63,341 nt of DNA, filler included, from Stramenopiles sp. TOSAG23-3 (GCA_900128585.1; 11 parts of 11 records of this genome joined end to end with filler, not necessarily neighbours in it); one strand, 5' to 3'; numbered from the whole stretch's first letter, positions 12,171 through 24,127 are shown. A program made the numbers and translations. The notes: generated by a model not told the origin, from the sequence alone.

Positions 12171-13148
12171 TCAAGCAAAAAACTGACTGTTGACCCGTGC
12201 GAGCCCCCTGGCCTTGAAGAAATCGCCCCGTTTGTCCGCCTTCTTCACGCCCTTGGCAGAAAAGAAGCTTTTGATATTGGCCTGGTTGGCATCCGCTTCC
12301 TCGTCATCGGGTTCATCCCAATCGATATTGACGCCCCTCTCTTTGCAAATCTTGCGCACCGTGGACCAGCTGTGTCGGACGAACGTGGTGTAACCAAACA
12401 CCTTGTCGAAGTACTTCTGTAGCCAATCTTTCGTCTTCGGGTCGCCGGGGTACCCAGACCCAACGTCTGGCTGTTTCTCCTCCGCAAGCTTTTTGTCCCC
12501 GTCCTTGTAGACCCACCCGCTGACTTGTTCGTCCCTCAAGACTTTTGCACATATACTGGCCGCAGAGACTACTTTGAAAAGGCTGTCCGCCTTTTTTCGA
12601 ACTGTAAACTGTATCTTGTTCCGGAACCGGTTGGTCAGCTTTCGTTCGTAGTGCACGGGGTCCCCGACGGTGTCGACGTAGACGTGTTGCACGTTTACCC
12701 CTTGGCGCACGACCCGTTCCACCATCGCAATGGCGCACTCGTGGGATATTTGGTTCAGGCTAATCGGCGACTGTTTCATCATCATCGCGGAGATCGCCGT
12801 GGCCGGAATGTCAACGACTATCCAGCCGATGCGGTGGGAATTCTTTTTGATGCCCTCGAACATGTTTTCGCGCGCCTCCGCGGTCAGTTTTTTTGAGTCA
12901 TCGTATCCAAGCTTCGTTATCTCCTCGTCGTCCTCAACGCGCCAGTACGCACACCCGTAGGTCATCGACCCGAGGACAGGGCCACGCCCCGCCTCATCAA
13001 TGCCCAGCATTACAGCAGGCCCATCTTCCGCAATATCGCTCACGATGCGGAGGTCGTCCCCAGTCGCAGCTTTTTTTGGCGGACGGCACGTCTCTGGCAC
13101 GTCCGTGACTCTCCAGTCGTAATCACACAATAACTTTCGTTTTGGCAT
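12171..13148 (-). CDS. RNASEH2A: Ribonuclease H2 catalytic subunit A
   Basis: GIDEAGRGPVLG, DDSKKL, VYVDTVG, KKAD..SAASICAKV, GSGYPGDPKT; ATG at 13148. Confidence 0.95.
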   Translation of the reverse strand: MPKRKLLCDYDWRVTDVPETCRPPKKAATGDDLRIVSDIAEDGPAVMLGIDEAGRGPVLGSMTYGCAYWRVEDDEEITKLGYDDSKKLTAEARENMFEGIKKNSHRIGWIVVDIPATAISAMMMKQSPISLNQISHECAIAMVERVVRQGVNVQHVYVDTVGDPVHYERKLTNRFRNKIQFTVRKKADSLFKVVSAASICAKVLRDEQVSGWVYKDGDKKLAEEKQPDVGSGYPGDPKTKDWLQKYFDKVFGYTTFVRHSWSTVRKICKERGVNIDWDEPDDEEADANQANIKSFFSAKGVKKADKRGDFFKARGLARVNSQFFA

Positions 13149-13622
13149 TCTCAACAGCAATTCACAAAGCAATCAATAAAACCTTTCAACAAGTATTCGG
13201 TTCTTTTGTATAAATAAATACGAAACTACCTTTTGAATATCAAACAGACAAACGATTATTCGTTAATACAATATTGCAGTGAAAATGAAAAGTTTCCTTC
13301 TTGCTTGTTCTTTATTTTCACATTTTATCATAATATTATTGAGTTTTGTTTTTTTTGTTGTTGTGTTTTGAAATTGGAGAAATTTGTATAATTAATACGT
13401 ATTATTATATGAATAACAGGTATTAAAATACATAGTACTATTATTATACGAGGAGGAGGAGGGGAGGTTGCCGCGTAAAAATAAAAAATAAAAAAAATAA
13501 TAAAATCCCAGTGTTATTATTANNNNNNNNNNNNNNNNNNNNNNNNNNNNNNNNNNNNNNNNNNNNTTAATTAATTAANNNNNNNNNNNNNNNNNNNNNN
13601 NNNNNNNNNNNNNNNNNNNNNN

Positions 13623-13907
13623 CCCAGAACGGAACAGCGACTGCCGACCGACAATGCGCTGCTTGTGTATCCAGCTACAACAACAAGACAAACCAGCACA
13701 GCTGTAACGCGTGGACGGACTGTTCAGCTGGTGAAAAGGTAACCCAGAACGTAACAGCGACTGCCGACCGACAATGCGCTGCTTGTGTATCCAGCTACAA
13801 CAACAAGACAAACCAGCACAGCTGTAACGCATGGACGAACTGTTCGGCTGGTGAAACGGTTACCCAGAACGGAACAGCGACTGCCGACCGACAATGCGCT
13901 GCTTGTG
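13623..13907 (+). repeat. 120-nt near-perfect coding tandem repeat (about 2.4 copies)
   Basis: CCCAGAAC..ACAGCGACTGCCGACCGACAATGCGCTGCTTGTG recurs at 13623, 13743 and 13863. Confidence 0.9.
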
Positions 13908-14590
13908 GAACTGGAACCTTTACCTCAGGAAGTAACCACGCTGCATCCTGCTCGAAGTGGCGCAACTGTACCGAGGGGAGCTACGTATCCACAAATGCGA
14001 CGACCGTGAACGACAGAGCATGCAGCCCGTGCGGAGCATCCCAATTCTCTTCCCACGCAAACTCTTACGCCTGCAGGGCAATGACAATCTGCGCACCGGG
14101 GTCGTTTATCTCGCAGGCGGGAACGACGGACGGCGATCGTCTCTGCAGCCCTTGCAATACCGGCACATTCGCGAATGCATCGAACCAAAGCCATTGCTGG
14201 AACTGGACGTCATGCGCGAATGGCATTCTTGCCAACGGCAGTGCAATTTCGGACAGAGTTTGCGACGTAGCACCAGGAACGACGACTAGCGCGCCAACAA
14301 CCACTGCAAGCCCAACGACGACAACCGCCGCCAGCAGCAGCGCCATATCCAACACGAGTGCGCCAACAACCACGGCAAGCCCATCGACGACAACCGCCGC
14401 CAGTAGCAGCACCGTATCCATCACGAGTGCGCCAACAACCACGGCAAGCACATCGACGACGACCGCCGCCAGCAGCAGCGCCATATCCACCGTGGAGGAC
14501 GAGTTGGACGCCGCCGGAAGAACCATCCCGGCGGGTGGGTTTTCGTTGTTGAAATTGCTGACCTTGCTTGTGGCAGTGTTTTGTGTTTAA
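13623..14590 (+). CDS. 5'-truncated surface protein: TNFR-like Cys-rich repeats, Thr/Ser stalk, hydrophobic C-terminus (GPI signal or TM)
   Basis: Frame is open from the contig edge: repeats of QNGTATADRQCAAC...C..WT.C, then SAPTTTAS repeats and the tail LLKLLTLLVAVFCV. Confidence 0.75.
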
Positions 14591-14746
14591 ATTAAAGTAA
14601 TAATATGTACTCTTAAAAAATAATTTTCTACTCTCGTGTATCACAGTTATTAGGGTTGGATTTGAAGTTAGTATTTGATTTAAAATGAGAGTCTTCTTAA
14701 AACATACTATATATTTTGTTTTTTTCACAGTTAAAATAAACGGCGA

Positions 14747-14910
14747 TTACTTGACAGGCAACGAGTACATGGGCATAATGACGACATCGTCGAAGGGCTC
14801 AACGCCGTCCTCGTCCTTGTCCGCCTGTGCCATGATCGTCTCCGCCTACCGCATGACTGACCTCCTTGTCGCTGGACGCCATGTGAACATGTGTGGTTCG
14901 CCTTGAGGAT
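14747..14910 (-). pseudogene. Degraded EF-hand (calcineurin B-like) fragment
   Basis: GC-rich island; pieces in different frames read ILKANH / MASSDKEV / *AETIMAQADKDEDGV.FDD, with frameshifts and an in-frame TAG. Confidence 0.5.
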
Positions 14911-15693
14911 CTTTTGATCAGCTCACCTAATTTTTTATCCAATCCAATATCATACCCTGATAATAACACTACTATTAAGAAGCTTCGTGTCGCGGATTTC
15001 AAACAACGCCTATGCTGTGTGATGTATGTATTAAATTTGTATTTTTATAAACTTAAAAAAAAGGGATGAATGCTATGCTGTGTTTATATTAATATGAAGA
15101 TGGAAATGAAATAGAAGAAGAAGAAAAAGTAATAATAAAAATGCTTTTTTTTTTTTAATTTATTTTTATTATTATTATTTGAAAAAGAGGAAATGTGTTT
15201 TTTTATTTTGGTAATGCTGTGATATGTAACTGTTGTTCTAATTTTTCTTCTAAAAATTGAAAGAAGAAAAAAAAAAGAAAAAAGGAGAGAGAAACACCGC
15301 CACTGACCACCACACACACGCATACATACTACTCTACAAAATTCATGGAAGGAAATCTAAAATCACCATTGACAGAAGACAAGAGCGAAATTCAAAGATC
15401 GAAACAGATGAGGTAAGCAACCAATATAAATATGCAATTGATTTTTATGTTTTGAATCGTTTCATTACACTTCTTACCATTTGGTTTGCGTTACAAACAA
15501 ACAAACGAACGAACGAACGACAACGCCCGGCTAACTTTTACTACCCCACCCACCGCCACGGGAAGAACACGCACGCAACGGTCAAAAAAAAGACCAACGT
15601 AGGGCCAGACCTTCCCCAAGTCAAGGACTGACTCTCTCGGCACTTGTTCACGCGTGAAATAGCATCACGCACAACCACTTATCCGCCCCAACA

Positions 15694-16554
15694 ATGTCCA
15701 CACTAGCAGTCGGAACGGACGCTTCGGACAACGACGACGTCCCATTGGACGAGGTGCTGGACTACCCGAGCGACAACGGGACCGATAGCGACAGCGACGG
15801 GGAACACGTGACCGAGTATGGGAAAGCGGAGTACTGGGACGAACGGTATACCAATTTCAGCCCCTTCGACTGGCTCTTTGAGTACACCCATTTCAAGGAT
15901 GCCGGGTTTTCAAAGTTCTTTCGAAAGTCTGACCGATTCATCATGCTTGGGTGCGGCAGCGCGATGTTTTCGACGGAAATGTACGACGACGGGTACGAGC
16001 ACATTGCCAACGTGGACCTGTCCTCCGTCGTGATCCAGGACGAGCGAGAGAAGAACGCGGGCCGGGAGAACATGACGTACGAAGTGATGGACGTCCAAGA
16101 GCTGCGGTATGAGGACGAAACCTTTGACGTTGCAATCGACAAAAGCACGATGGACTGCATATTTTGCTGCAGCAACAGCGTCACGATGATCTCGAACATG
16201 ATGCACGAAGCCTGGCGCGTCCTCAAGCCTGGCGGGCTTTTCATGACCTTCAGCCTTCACGACCCGGAAAAGGTCCTCCCTTACATGGGCGTGGACGAGA
16301 ACGGGCTGGATTTCAACTGGGTCAGCGTGAAATGCATGAAAATTCCAAACCCAGGGTGGACCAAAGGTAGTGATAAGAGCAAGACCCACCTGATCGTCTC
16401 GGCGGTCAAGCCGGCGACACCAGGGATTGGGCCGACCAATAGTTCGAACACGATGGTGGAACAGCAGCAACCCATTGTCCTATCGGAGGAGGAAGGGGGA
16501 GAAGAGGAAACAACCGCTCCTCCTCCTGTCACTCAACAGAAAAGTGTCAAGTAA
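15694..16554 (+). CDS. EEF1AKMT4/METTL13-like class I SAM methyltransferase (possible upstream exon 15345-15412, intron 15413-15662)
   Basis: YGKAEYWDERY, FDW, LGCG, NVDLS, FDVAIDKSTMD, RVLKPGG; upstream AG|GTAAGC donor and CTGAC...TAG acceptor would join in frame. Confidence 0.85.
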   Translation: MSTLAVGTDASDNDDVPLDEVLDYPSDNGTDSDSDGEHVTEYGKAEYWDERYTNFSPFDWLFEYTHFKDAGFSKFFRKSDRFIMLGCGSAMFSTEMYDDGYEHIANVDLSSVVIQDEREKNAGRENMTYEVMDVQELRYEDETFDVAIDKSTMDCIFCCSNSVTMISNMMHEAWRVLKPGGLFMTFSLHDPEKVLPYMGVDENGLDFNWVSVKCMKIPNPGWTKGSDKSKTHLIVSAVKPATPGIGPTNSSNTMVEQQQPIVLSEEEGGEEETTAPPPVTQQKSVK

Positions 16555-17343
16555 GCTTCGAGACCTCAGCGGCGCTTGTGCGGTGTCTTTTAATTAATAA
16601 GAAAAACTCCTGGGCGTGTACGGGCGTTCAAAAAGCTAAGATTCACAACAACACGACGAAGTTCGTAGTTTTTAGCCGAGAACTTAAAAAGAAACAATTG
16701 GCTGTTTTTCTCGAACTTATATTTAAAAATTCACGATTAGAGCTGATTGCACACACTCCTTCTTTGAGACAAATATTTTTATAACAACAACGTTTTTAAC
16801 AACAACAAAATATTATTACAGGAGTAAGTCTTAAGAGTCTTAAATGGAAACATCCTCAACATTTTAATTTTAAAATCAAAAAATTGGGGGTGTTGTAGTT
16901 AGACTTAATAAAATATTATTAGAACGAAAAATTTGGCTTTTTATTTAAGTATTTTTTATAAAATGTAAAAACGAGAAAATTGACTGTTATTTAAGTACTT
17001 AGCTTAAAATTAATTAATGTGTCAACATTGCGAACTCTGATATCTACTAAACATTCGAGGTTCACATTCCTTCATGTATGATACTGCGAACTTATACTAA
17101 AATTTAAAATAAAATTATAAAATATAAACTGAGACAAAATCATTTTTCAGGTTTTCTTTTAAAAAAATTTAAGTTCTTAGTGAGTGTACTGGGACAAAAT
17201 TTCTGTCGTCGCACACACCATCTACACAAAGGGGTAGCTAATGATCCCGCCGCCCGTCTCTCGAACAAAACGGAGGGGGGGGGGTGGGAGGGGCACAAAG
17301 GAGCTATCTTCGAGTACAACTACAATAGGCTTGCAATCGCACC

Positions 17344-18159
17344 TTACAACTCTCCCTCTCCAACTTGGTACGGTGTCCCTGCGGACTCTGCAGTCGGGTA
17401 CGCACTGTCAAAGGTTGACGCGCCGCCTTGGCCCTTGACATCGTCGTAGGATGCCTGGCGGTGCTTGCACGTGATGAGCAGGAAGGTCATCCCAAACCCC
17501 TCCTTTACGAGCGCGAAAAACTTCATCCAGAATCCCCGGTGTGGAAGGACCTCAAGCCCTTTCTTTTCGAGCTTGAACGCGTTCCAGGCCATGGAAATCA
17601 ACAAGTAGGCCCCCATCACGACGCAAAAGATGATCAAGAACACCGATCCGAACCCGCCGCTTGCGCACCCTTTGTTGCACGCCAGGCAGGTCGCGACCTC
17701 ATACGTGTAATCGCACCCAGTGTTCTGCACGGTGAACTTGGTGTCCTTCAGGTCACCCTTCATCTGCGACTCGTCGCAGGAAAAGACCAAGTTCAGCTTT
17801 CGCGGTTCTCCCATTGGGCAGTCCGCTCCGGATCCCAAGGCGGTCATTGTCGCGGTTTGCTTCCCCGTGTCTTCCGTCCATTCCACGCCCGAATCGTCCA
17901 CCCCAAGGATGTAGCAACGGTCCGGCGGGCTGGTCTGGGCGGCCATTCCTTTGAGCACTCCATCCGGGTCGTCCGGGCACTCTTGCGACGACGTCCCGCA
18001 CGTACGCAACGTGTACGTGTAGTCCTTCGTCTTTGAATCCAGCTCAAACGCCATCAGGGGGGAGAAATTGTACTTTCCGCCTTTCTTTCCACACTCCGTG
18101 GCCGCAGTACACAATTGCGCTGTGAAAACGCACGCCAACAATACTTTGCTGAAAGTCAT
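17344..18159 (-). CDS. Mannose-6-phosphate receptor/ATG27-like type I membrane protein
   Basis: Signal peptide, Cys-patterned MRH domain, GFGSVFLIIF TM helix, GLEVLPHRGFW, tyrosine-containing cytosolic tail. Confidence 0.8.
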   Translation of the reverse strand: MTFSKVLLACVFTAQLCTAATECGKKGGKYNFSPLMAFELDSKTKDYTYTLRTCGTSSQECPDDPDGVLKGMAAQTSPPDRCYILGVDDSGVEWTEDTGKQTATMTALGSGADCPMGEPRKLNLVFSCDESQMKGDLKDTKFTVQNTGCDYTYEVATCLACNKGCASGGFGSVFLIIFCVVMGAYLLISMAWNAFKLEKKGLEVLPHRGFWMKFFALVKEGFGMTFLLITCKHRQASYDDVKGQGGASTFDSAYPTAESAGTPYQVGEGEL

Positions 18160-18696
18160 CGCAGTATACTTTTATAGTATAGATACTTGATAGAGGTGTG
18201 AGTATTGTTGTGGAAAGAATGAACGAACGAACGAAAGAAAGAAAGAAAAAGAGTAAACAAAACACGTCGTTAAAAAAAGAGAACAGAAAGAACAAGTAAC
18301 TAAATCTCAATTGTTCGTTAAATTACCATTTGTTCCTTTCTTTTCGTTTTTGTTTTGTTTTGTTTTATTTTTGTTTGTGTATACTTTCATATTCTCAATT
18401 CTCAATTGATTAATAATTCAATTCAATTCAATTCTTTCTTTCGTCCGTCCCTCCCTCCCTCCTCCTTTCCTCTCCTCCGCCCGCGATGTTTTGTTCATTG
18501 GCTAAAATCTAAAAATTACTTTTTGTAGAAGATTTGTTATATATTATAATATATTACTGAGATGAGATCTAAATCTATTATGTGTGTGTGTGTGTTGTAA
18601 GCAAATTGAATTTGAATGAATGTTGATTTGTGATTTATTCCTTCCTTCTTCTCTATTTTTATTAATTATCAAATCATTGTTTATATATATTTCTGT

Positions 18697-20328
18697 TCAC
18701 TCTTTTTTAACAGCCAATTTGTGTTGTTTTTGTTGATGGTTGTTGTCCGTTGTTGGTGTTCCCTGTTTGTACAATCGTTGGTTGAGATCGTTTGTACGTT
18801 TGGACAAGGCTTCGTGCAAACGTTCAATGGTATGTAAATCGGCGTAAGTAAGGTCGTGTGTTCCGCCCCCCCCGGTCTGCCCCCGGTTTGGTTCCGCTTG
18901 AAGCATGTCCTCCAAAAGGTAAATGGCATGGTAGTACAGGTTTTGAGCTTGCCGGAGTGGGGGGTCCCCAGGGTGTCCATCATGGGCGGTGGCCGGGTCC
19001 ACCTGGACGGTCTCGGACAACTGTTCCAGGGCCCGCGCTCGGCGGCCCATCGCTACGGCAGAGTGGTACATTGCGTTCTCCTCCCGTTGGACACGGATTG
19101 TCTTCAGCATGCCCCGGGAGTCGGCGGCCTTCATGGCAAAGTGGGCCTGTGCCCGGCACGCGTCCGATTTCTCGACGATGTCCTTCAGGCTGGTTTTCAT
19201 CGCTTCCTTCGCGGCGTCCGAGGTCCCGACGCAGTCCAGCGCGGACGTCACCAACCGCAAGGCGCGCGCGTACAAGGCGAGGGAGCACGCGAGCGCCGAC
19301 GCGACAGTCTCGGTGCCGTTTCCAAGCCCCGCGGGACGGCCCCACGACCCGTTTACGGACACTTGGTTGTGGAGCCGCGCCATGCGGCTGTCTGCAAGGT
19401 GCGTGACGGCGAGGCCCCGGTGCCACAGGCTTTCCCAGAACTGGCCGCTCACGAACGCCCCGGAGGATGCCGACGCCGTGCCCCCCCCGTGGCCCGAGTG
19501 CGCGCTGTTCGCGCTGCTCTCGTTCCCCTTGCTGCTGCTCCCGTTCGTCGACGACGACCGGCCGAGGACCACCACGAACTCCTCGCTTTCGTGCAGCCCC
19601 GCCACCCCCCCACCCCGCCGCCCGTCCGCCGGTTCCTGGTACTGCTTCCCGCTGACGAACTGCATGTGCTGCTGCGACGCCGTCGGGGGCTCCCGCCTCC
19701 CCCGGGACCCGCCACCGCTCGCGCCCGCCCGCGCCGCCCCCGCCGCCCGCTCCGTCCCTGGAATCTGGACCGCGAGGCCTTTCTGAAGCGGGCTGACTTT
19801 CGACGCCGAGGCCCGCAGGGTGTCCGTGGGTACGACCGTCTTCAAAAACGGGGCGCTCAAAAAGGCTTGAAAGGACATTCGCTCCGTTGGTTTCACTTTC
19901 AGCAGGCCCTCCAGGAGGTCTTTCGCCGGCTGCCCGATGACGATCCCGTCCGGGTACCGAATGGTTTTCGTCTCGATGTTTGCGATCAACGACCGGCGCC
20001 CGGTCCCCGTGAACGGCGGGCGCTTCGTCAGCATCTCAAACATGATCGCCCCGACGCTCCACAGGTCGGCGTTTGCCCCGTACTTTTGCAGCCGCAGAAT
20101 CTCTGGGGCCATGTACAACGGGGACCCGCACGTCGTCTCGGCCATTGTGGCCTCTTCCAAGTGCCGGGCAAACCCGAAATCGGCGATCTTCAGCGTGGGA
20201 AGGAACCGGCGGGGGCCCGTCACGCCGTTCTTCAAGAGCAAGTTCTGCGGCTTCAAGTCCCGGTGTATAAACTGTTTGCTCCACATAAAGTCCAACCCCC
20301 GCGCCAAATCGTTCATAAACACCCTCGC
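18697..20328 (-). CDS. ATG1: ATG1/ULK Ser/Thr kinase (5'-truncated)
   Basis: HRDLKPQNLLL, LKIADFGFAR, AETTCGSPLYMAPE, ADLWSVG; helical MIT-like C-terminus. Confidence 0.85.
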   Translation of the reverse strand, partial: ARVFMNDLARGLDFMWSKQFIHRDLKPQNLLLKNGVTGPRRFLPTLKIADFGFARHLEEATMAETTCGSPLYMAPEILRLQKYGANADLWSVGAIMFEMLTKRPPFTGTGRRSLIANIETKTIRYPDGIVIGQPAKDLLEGLLKVKPTERMSFQAFLSAPFLKTVVPTDTLRASASKVSPLQKGLAVQIPGTERAAGAARAGASGGGSRGRREPPTASQQHMQFVSGKQYQEPADGRRGGGVAGLHESEEFVVVLGRSSSTNGSSSKGNESSANSAHSGHGGGTASASSGAFVSGQFWESLWHRGLAVTHLADSRMARLHNQVSVNGSWGRPAGLGNGTETVASALACSLALYARALRLVTSALDCVGTSDAAKEAMKTSLKDIVEKSDACRAQAHFAMKAADSRGMLKTIRVQREENAMYHSAVAMGRRARALEQLSETVQVDPATAHDGHPGDPPLRQAQNLYYHAIYLLEDMLQAEPNRGQTGGGGTHDLTYADLHTIERLHEALSKRTNDLNQRLYKQGTPTTDNNHQQKQHKLAVKKE

Positions 20329-20428
20329 NNNNNNNNNNNNNNNNNNNNNNNNNNNNNNNNNNNNNNNNNNNNTTAATTAATTAANNNNNNNNNNNNNNNN
20401 NNNNNNNNNNNNNNNNNNNNNNNNNNNN

Positions 20429-21914
20429 CACCTGCTCCAGATATGCCATTTTGGTTTACTTTCACAAGTGCCCACCCGCCCCCGTGTTTACTGTTCAGGC
20501 AGTAGACGTTGGTGACGCCACTTTCGGGCAAATTGATATTATAGTTACCGTCTTGTAAATTGGTGCGGGTTGTGTCATGGCAGGATTTAAATATCATGCC
20601 CTCTTTGCCACAAGTGAAGAAAGTAGGGGCTTCGCCTCGGGGTGAAGCACTGTGTGGGTACATAGCGTCTTTGCCCGACAAGCCTGAACACGAACTATAT
20701 GTCTTTGCACACTTCCCCTTCACACACATCTCCTCCTGCTCGCAGCTGTTTTCACATTTTCCACAATGTTTATCGCTTGTTTGAAAATCTCTACACAATC
20801 CGCGACAAACTGCCGTGCCAACAATTGAGCATTCTGGTTCGAGGAGCGAAGTGCCGTCAGGGATTTCCGGGGTTTGGACTGCCCCCGACCCGGTGGCACC
20901 GGTTGCCCCCGTCGGTCCACGTGGGCCTGCTTCCCCTGGCTCTCCGTCTTTCCCCGGGTCGCCCTTTTCTCCATCGTTTCCGATAGCACCTTTTTCTCCA
21001 TCTCCGCCTTGTCTTCCAGGCTTGCCTACTCGTCCTGGGGTTCCTGGCGCACCTGGTCTTCCAACTTTACCAACCTCCCCCTTTTCGCCTCGGGGCGCAC
21101 GGAATTCCACCCAATTTTTAGTGTCCTTATCAGGGGACTTGGATGCCGTAAAATCATTTTCAGCGATAAACATTGAATCTCCTCCAAAAGTTTTGTAGAA
21201 AACGTAATCTCCTTTTTTATATTTGTAGGAAATTTTAAATGGCCGTAAGTTCAGACCAACGCCATCAGCGCCTGCCTGCCCCCTTTCTCCTTTGTCCCCG
21301 TCCTTGCCGTCTATACCTCTCGCTCCATCTCTTCCATCCTTGCCCGGAATCCCATCGCGGCCTTGCCCATCTCGGCCTGGCTTTCCATTTTTTCCGTCAC
21401 GACCGTGCCCGTCTCTTCCTGGCTTTCCGTCGTGGCCGTCCCTGCCAGCTGCACCAGTCGGCCCGGGCGGTCCTCGTTCATGGACAACGGTGTCCATTCT
21501 TTTTTTCAGTTTGTCCAAATCCCGTTGCTGTTTACCTAAATCGGTTTGGTGCTCTTCCAAGGAGCCCCCTTGTGCGGTGTTTTCTTTAACCAGAGCAGTC
21601 ACTTTCTCCGTGGCTTCATCTAACTCGGCAGCTTGTTTCTTGAGGGTAGCGTCGCGTACACTGTCCATTTTCTTAATTTTTTCCAGTGTTTCTTTTGCAG
21701 CGGTCAACTCATCACTCTGTTCCTTCAAAGCAGCTTCTTGGGCGGCGCCTTTTTCCTTCAAATCCGACACCTGTGTGGCTGTCTTTTGTTTCGCCTGGAG
21801 CGACGACTGAAGCCCTGCTGGGTTTCCCGATCCAGAGACTGCACGCGAGTGCAGTTGTTCGTTGCCCGAAACAAGAGTTGCAAAGAGCAACAAAGCAACG
21901 ATCAAATATTTCAT
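20429..21914 (-). CDS. Secreted collagen-like protein: coiled coil, Gly-X-Y repeats, Cys-rich module, fibrinogen C-like domain (3'-truncated)
   Basis: Signal peptide MKYLIVALLLFATLVSG, two G-X-Y tracts, C....SDKHCGKCENSC, DGNYNI...VYC....GGGWAL. Confidence 0.8.
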
Positions 21915-22650
21915 GGCTGAACTTAATTGTGCTCCTTCGTAAAGCCCGTAGTTTGTTCCCTTGTGTTTGGAACTTTTAAAAAAACGCGGCAGGGAGCAAT
22001 TGTTCAAGGGGTTCAAGTCTGTCGATTTAACTATGGGTCCCCATTACCGACTTACAAAGAAAGAATAAATACCTTGGTATAAAGACTTAAATACTAGTCG
22101 TCTAATTATAAGTATAATAATAACAATTTACTTTTCTTCGTTGTTCCTGCTGTTTCTTGCGATAATTATAAAGGCCATCGTGCAGCAAAATGAAGAAGCA
22201 GTCAGCTGTGACTTATTACATTAGTCGTCTATTAAAGCTAATTACCAGGTACCGGTACGTACCTGGTACGGTAGCTTATACGAGGTAGACAATAGCTGCA
22301 ACCCCCCCCCCCCCCCCCCCCCCCCCCNNNNNNNNNNNNNNNNNNNNNNNNNAGAGGACAATATAGACCATTCCATTTTCATTCACTTCTTCTTTTTCAC
22401 CCCACTCGATTTTTCAATGCCTTGTTTTTTTATCCATTTAGTTTTTTAATATTAGACTAGACTACGAGGATATATATAAAAAATAAATAAATTATATAGT
22501 ACTAGTATGTTTTAAGACTCTCATTTGAAATCAATTACTATTTCAAATCCAACCCTAGTCCTATCTTGATGTTTTAATTTGATTACATTATAAATATCAA
22601 ATCATTTGTATAAAAAACAAATTATATAGTATCATTTGTATTAGGGATGA

Positions 22651-23538
22651 CTAAAGTGTCGCGTTCTTGATAAACGAGAGCTCATAGGATGAGCGAACGT
22701 GAAACCCGTTGAATTGAATGAAAATGGAATGGTCTATATTGTCCTCTCTATGCCACATGTCGTAACCTTTGTGGTATAATTTTTCCAACGTTTTCTTCAC
22801 CTTTGAAGGCGATGCCAAATGCTCGTCCAAATGCACCTCGATGCAAATTTGTAGAACGTTAATATTGTTGAAGTCTTCGTCCACCATCTTTTCTAGCATG
22901 TCCCATTCGTTCCCTTCTATATCTATTTTCAAAATATCTATCTTTCTATCGCTCAATTGGCTCCCAATAGTGCCCAAGGTTTTCAAATCAACCCTCTCCC
23001 CGTAGAATTCTTGTCGATGGTCATGACCGGCGAGGCCAATGCTGTGGAACTGCACCATCGGGGGCACAGCTTTCATCTTAATATACCCACGCGCAGAGGG
23101 GGGATATTTTAAGAGCATGAATGGGTCAAATGAGTGCACTTTACAGCCCAAAATCGACATCGCCTTGTCAAATGAAAAGTCAAAATTTATGCCAAAGCTA
23201 TAAACAACGCAATCGCCTGGTTTCCCAAGAGGCATGTGGTCCAAGCAAATATACTTTCCTCCGTCGCCTACACGACCGACCCGGGCAAACGATTGACACG
23301 CGTACGGATACTCAGGAAAACCGATTTCTTTAGCTACCTCTTCTGGAATAGGAGGTAACAAAGAACCCACACTTTTTCCCAACGCACCAGCGACCCGCCT
23401 CGTCACATCTAGTGGCACCACCCTATTCTTAAACAGCGCGGCAGGGTTTAGCACCTGGAAAATGTTACGAGTAACCATTACCACCACCACCATTATCACC
23501 AGGTGGAGAACACAGCGAGATCGACGACCACATCTCAT
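22651..23538 (-). CDS. METTL24-like (Methyltransf_22/FkbM) membrane-anchored methyltransferase
   Basis: GDGGKYIC, CVVYSFGI..DFSFD, CKVHSFDP, IDILKIDIEGNEW, QICIEVH, YELSF. Confidence 0.85.
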   Translation of the reverse strand: MRCGRRSRCVLHLVIMVVVVMVTRNIFQVLNPAALFKNRVVPLDVTRRVAGALGKSVGSLLPPIPEEVAKEIGFPEYPYACQSFARVGRVGDGGKYICLDHMPLGKPGDCVVYSFGINFDFSFDKAMSILGCKVHSFDPFMLLKYPPSARGYIKMKAVPPMVQFHSIGLAGHDHRQEFYGERVDLKTLGTIGSQLSDRKIDILKIDIEGNEWDMLEKMVDEDFNNINVLQICIEVHLDEHLASPSKVKKTLEKLYHKGYDMWHREDNIDHSIFIQFNGFHVRSSYELSFIKNATL

Positions 23539-24127
23539 GGGTTTTAAATAAATTCACCAACCATGAATCCAGAGGCTGCTTGAAAGTGAATGTCTGTTCA
23601 ATCTTTTTAAAATGAAAGAAAAAGAAATATTCTGCTAACTTTATATGTTTTAGGATATTTATATATGTGTGACATCGTTAGTAGAGATGAGTGATTGAAA
23701 TGTGATCGCCAAAATCCCCGTATAATTATTAATAAATATACTATAGTAAATTATAAGGGGGGTTATTTATTTAATTATTTATTCTTTCGTAGTACGTAGT
23801 ACGACCACCACCAATTTAGAGTTAGATGATTAGGGTATATAATTTTTGAAGGCAGGGTCAATAATAGGAATAAAGTATCGGGCGTAACGGTATTTTTTCA
23901 AAGAAGTTGGGCTTCTCATCAAAATCTAGTCTATGAAGTGAATACCGTTGAATAATTCTGATAAAAATATAGTTAAAAATGATTGTTACAGTAAAGAAAA
24001 GAGTTCGTTATTTTAAAGTTATAAACAAGAAAAGAGCAATATTAGAAAGAAAAGTTTATCTTTACTAAAGACCTCAGAAGGTTACTGCCTCTATGGAAAT
24101 TGTTTTTGCCGTGAAGTTAATACAATA

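Noticed and set aside
13623-13907. CRISPR-like periodic repeat
   Set aside because: Whole units repeat with no unique spacers, they are in-frame coding, and the context is eukaryotic
18856-20376. 506-aa ORF antisense to ATG1
   Set aside because: Shadow ORF of a very GC-rich gene; no motifs
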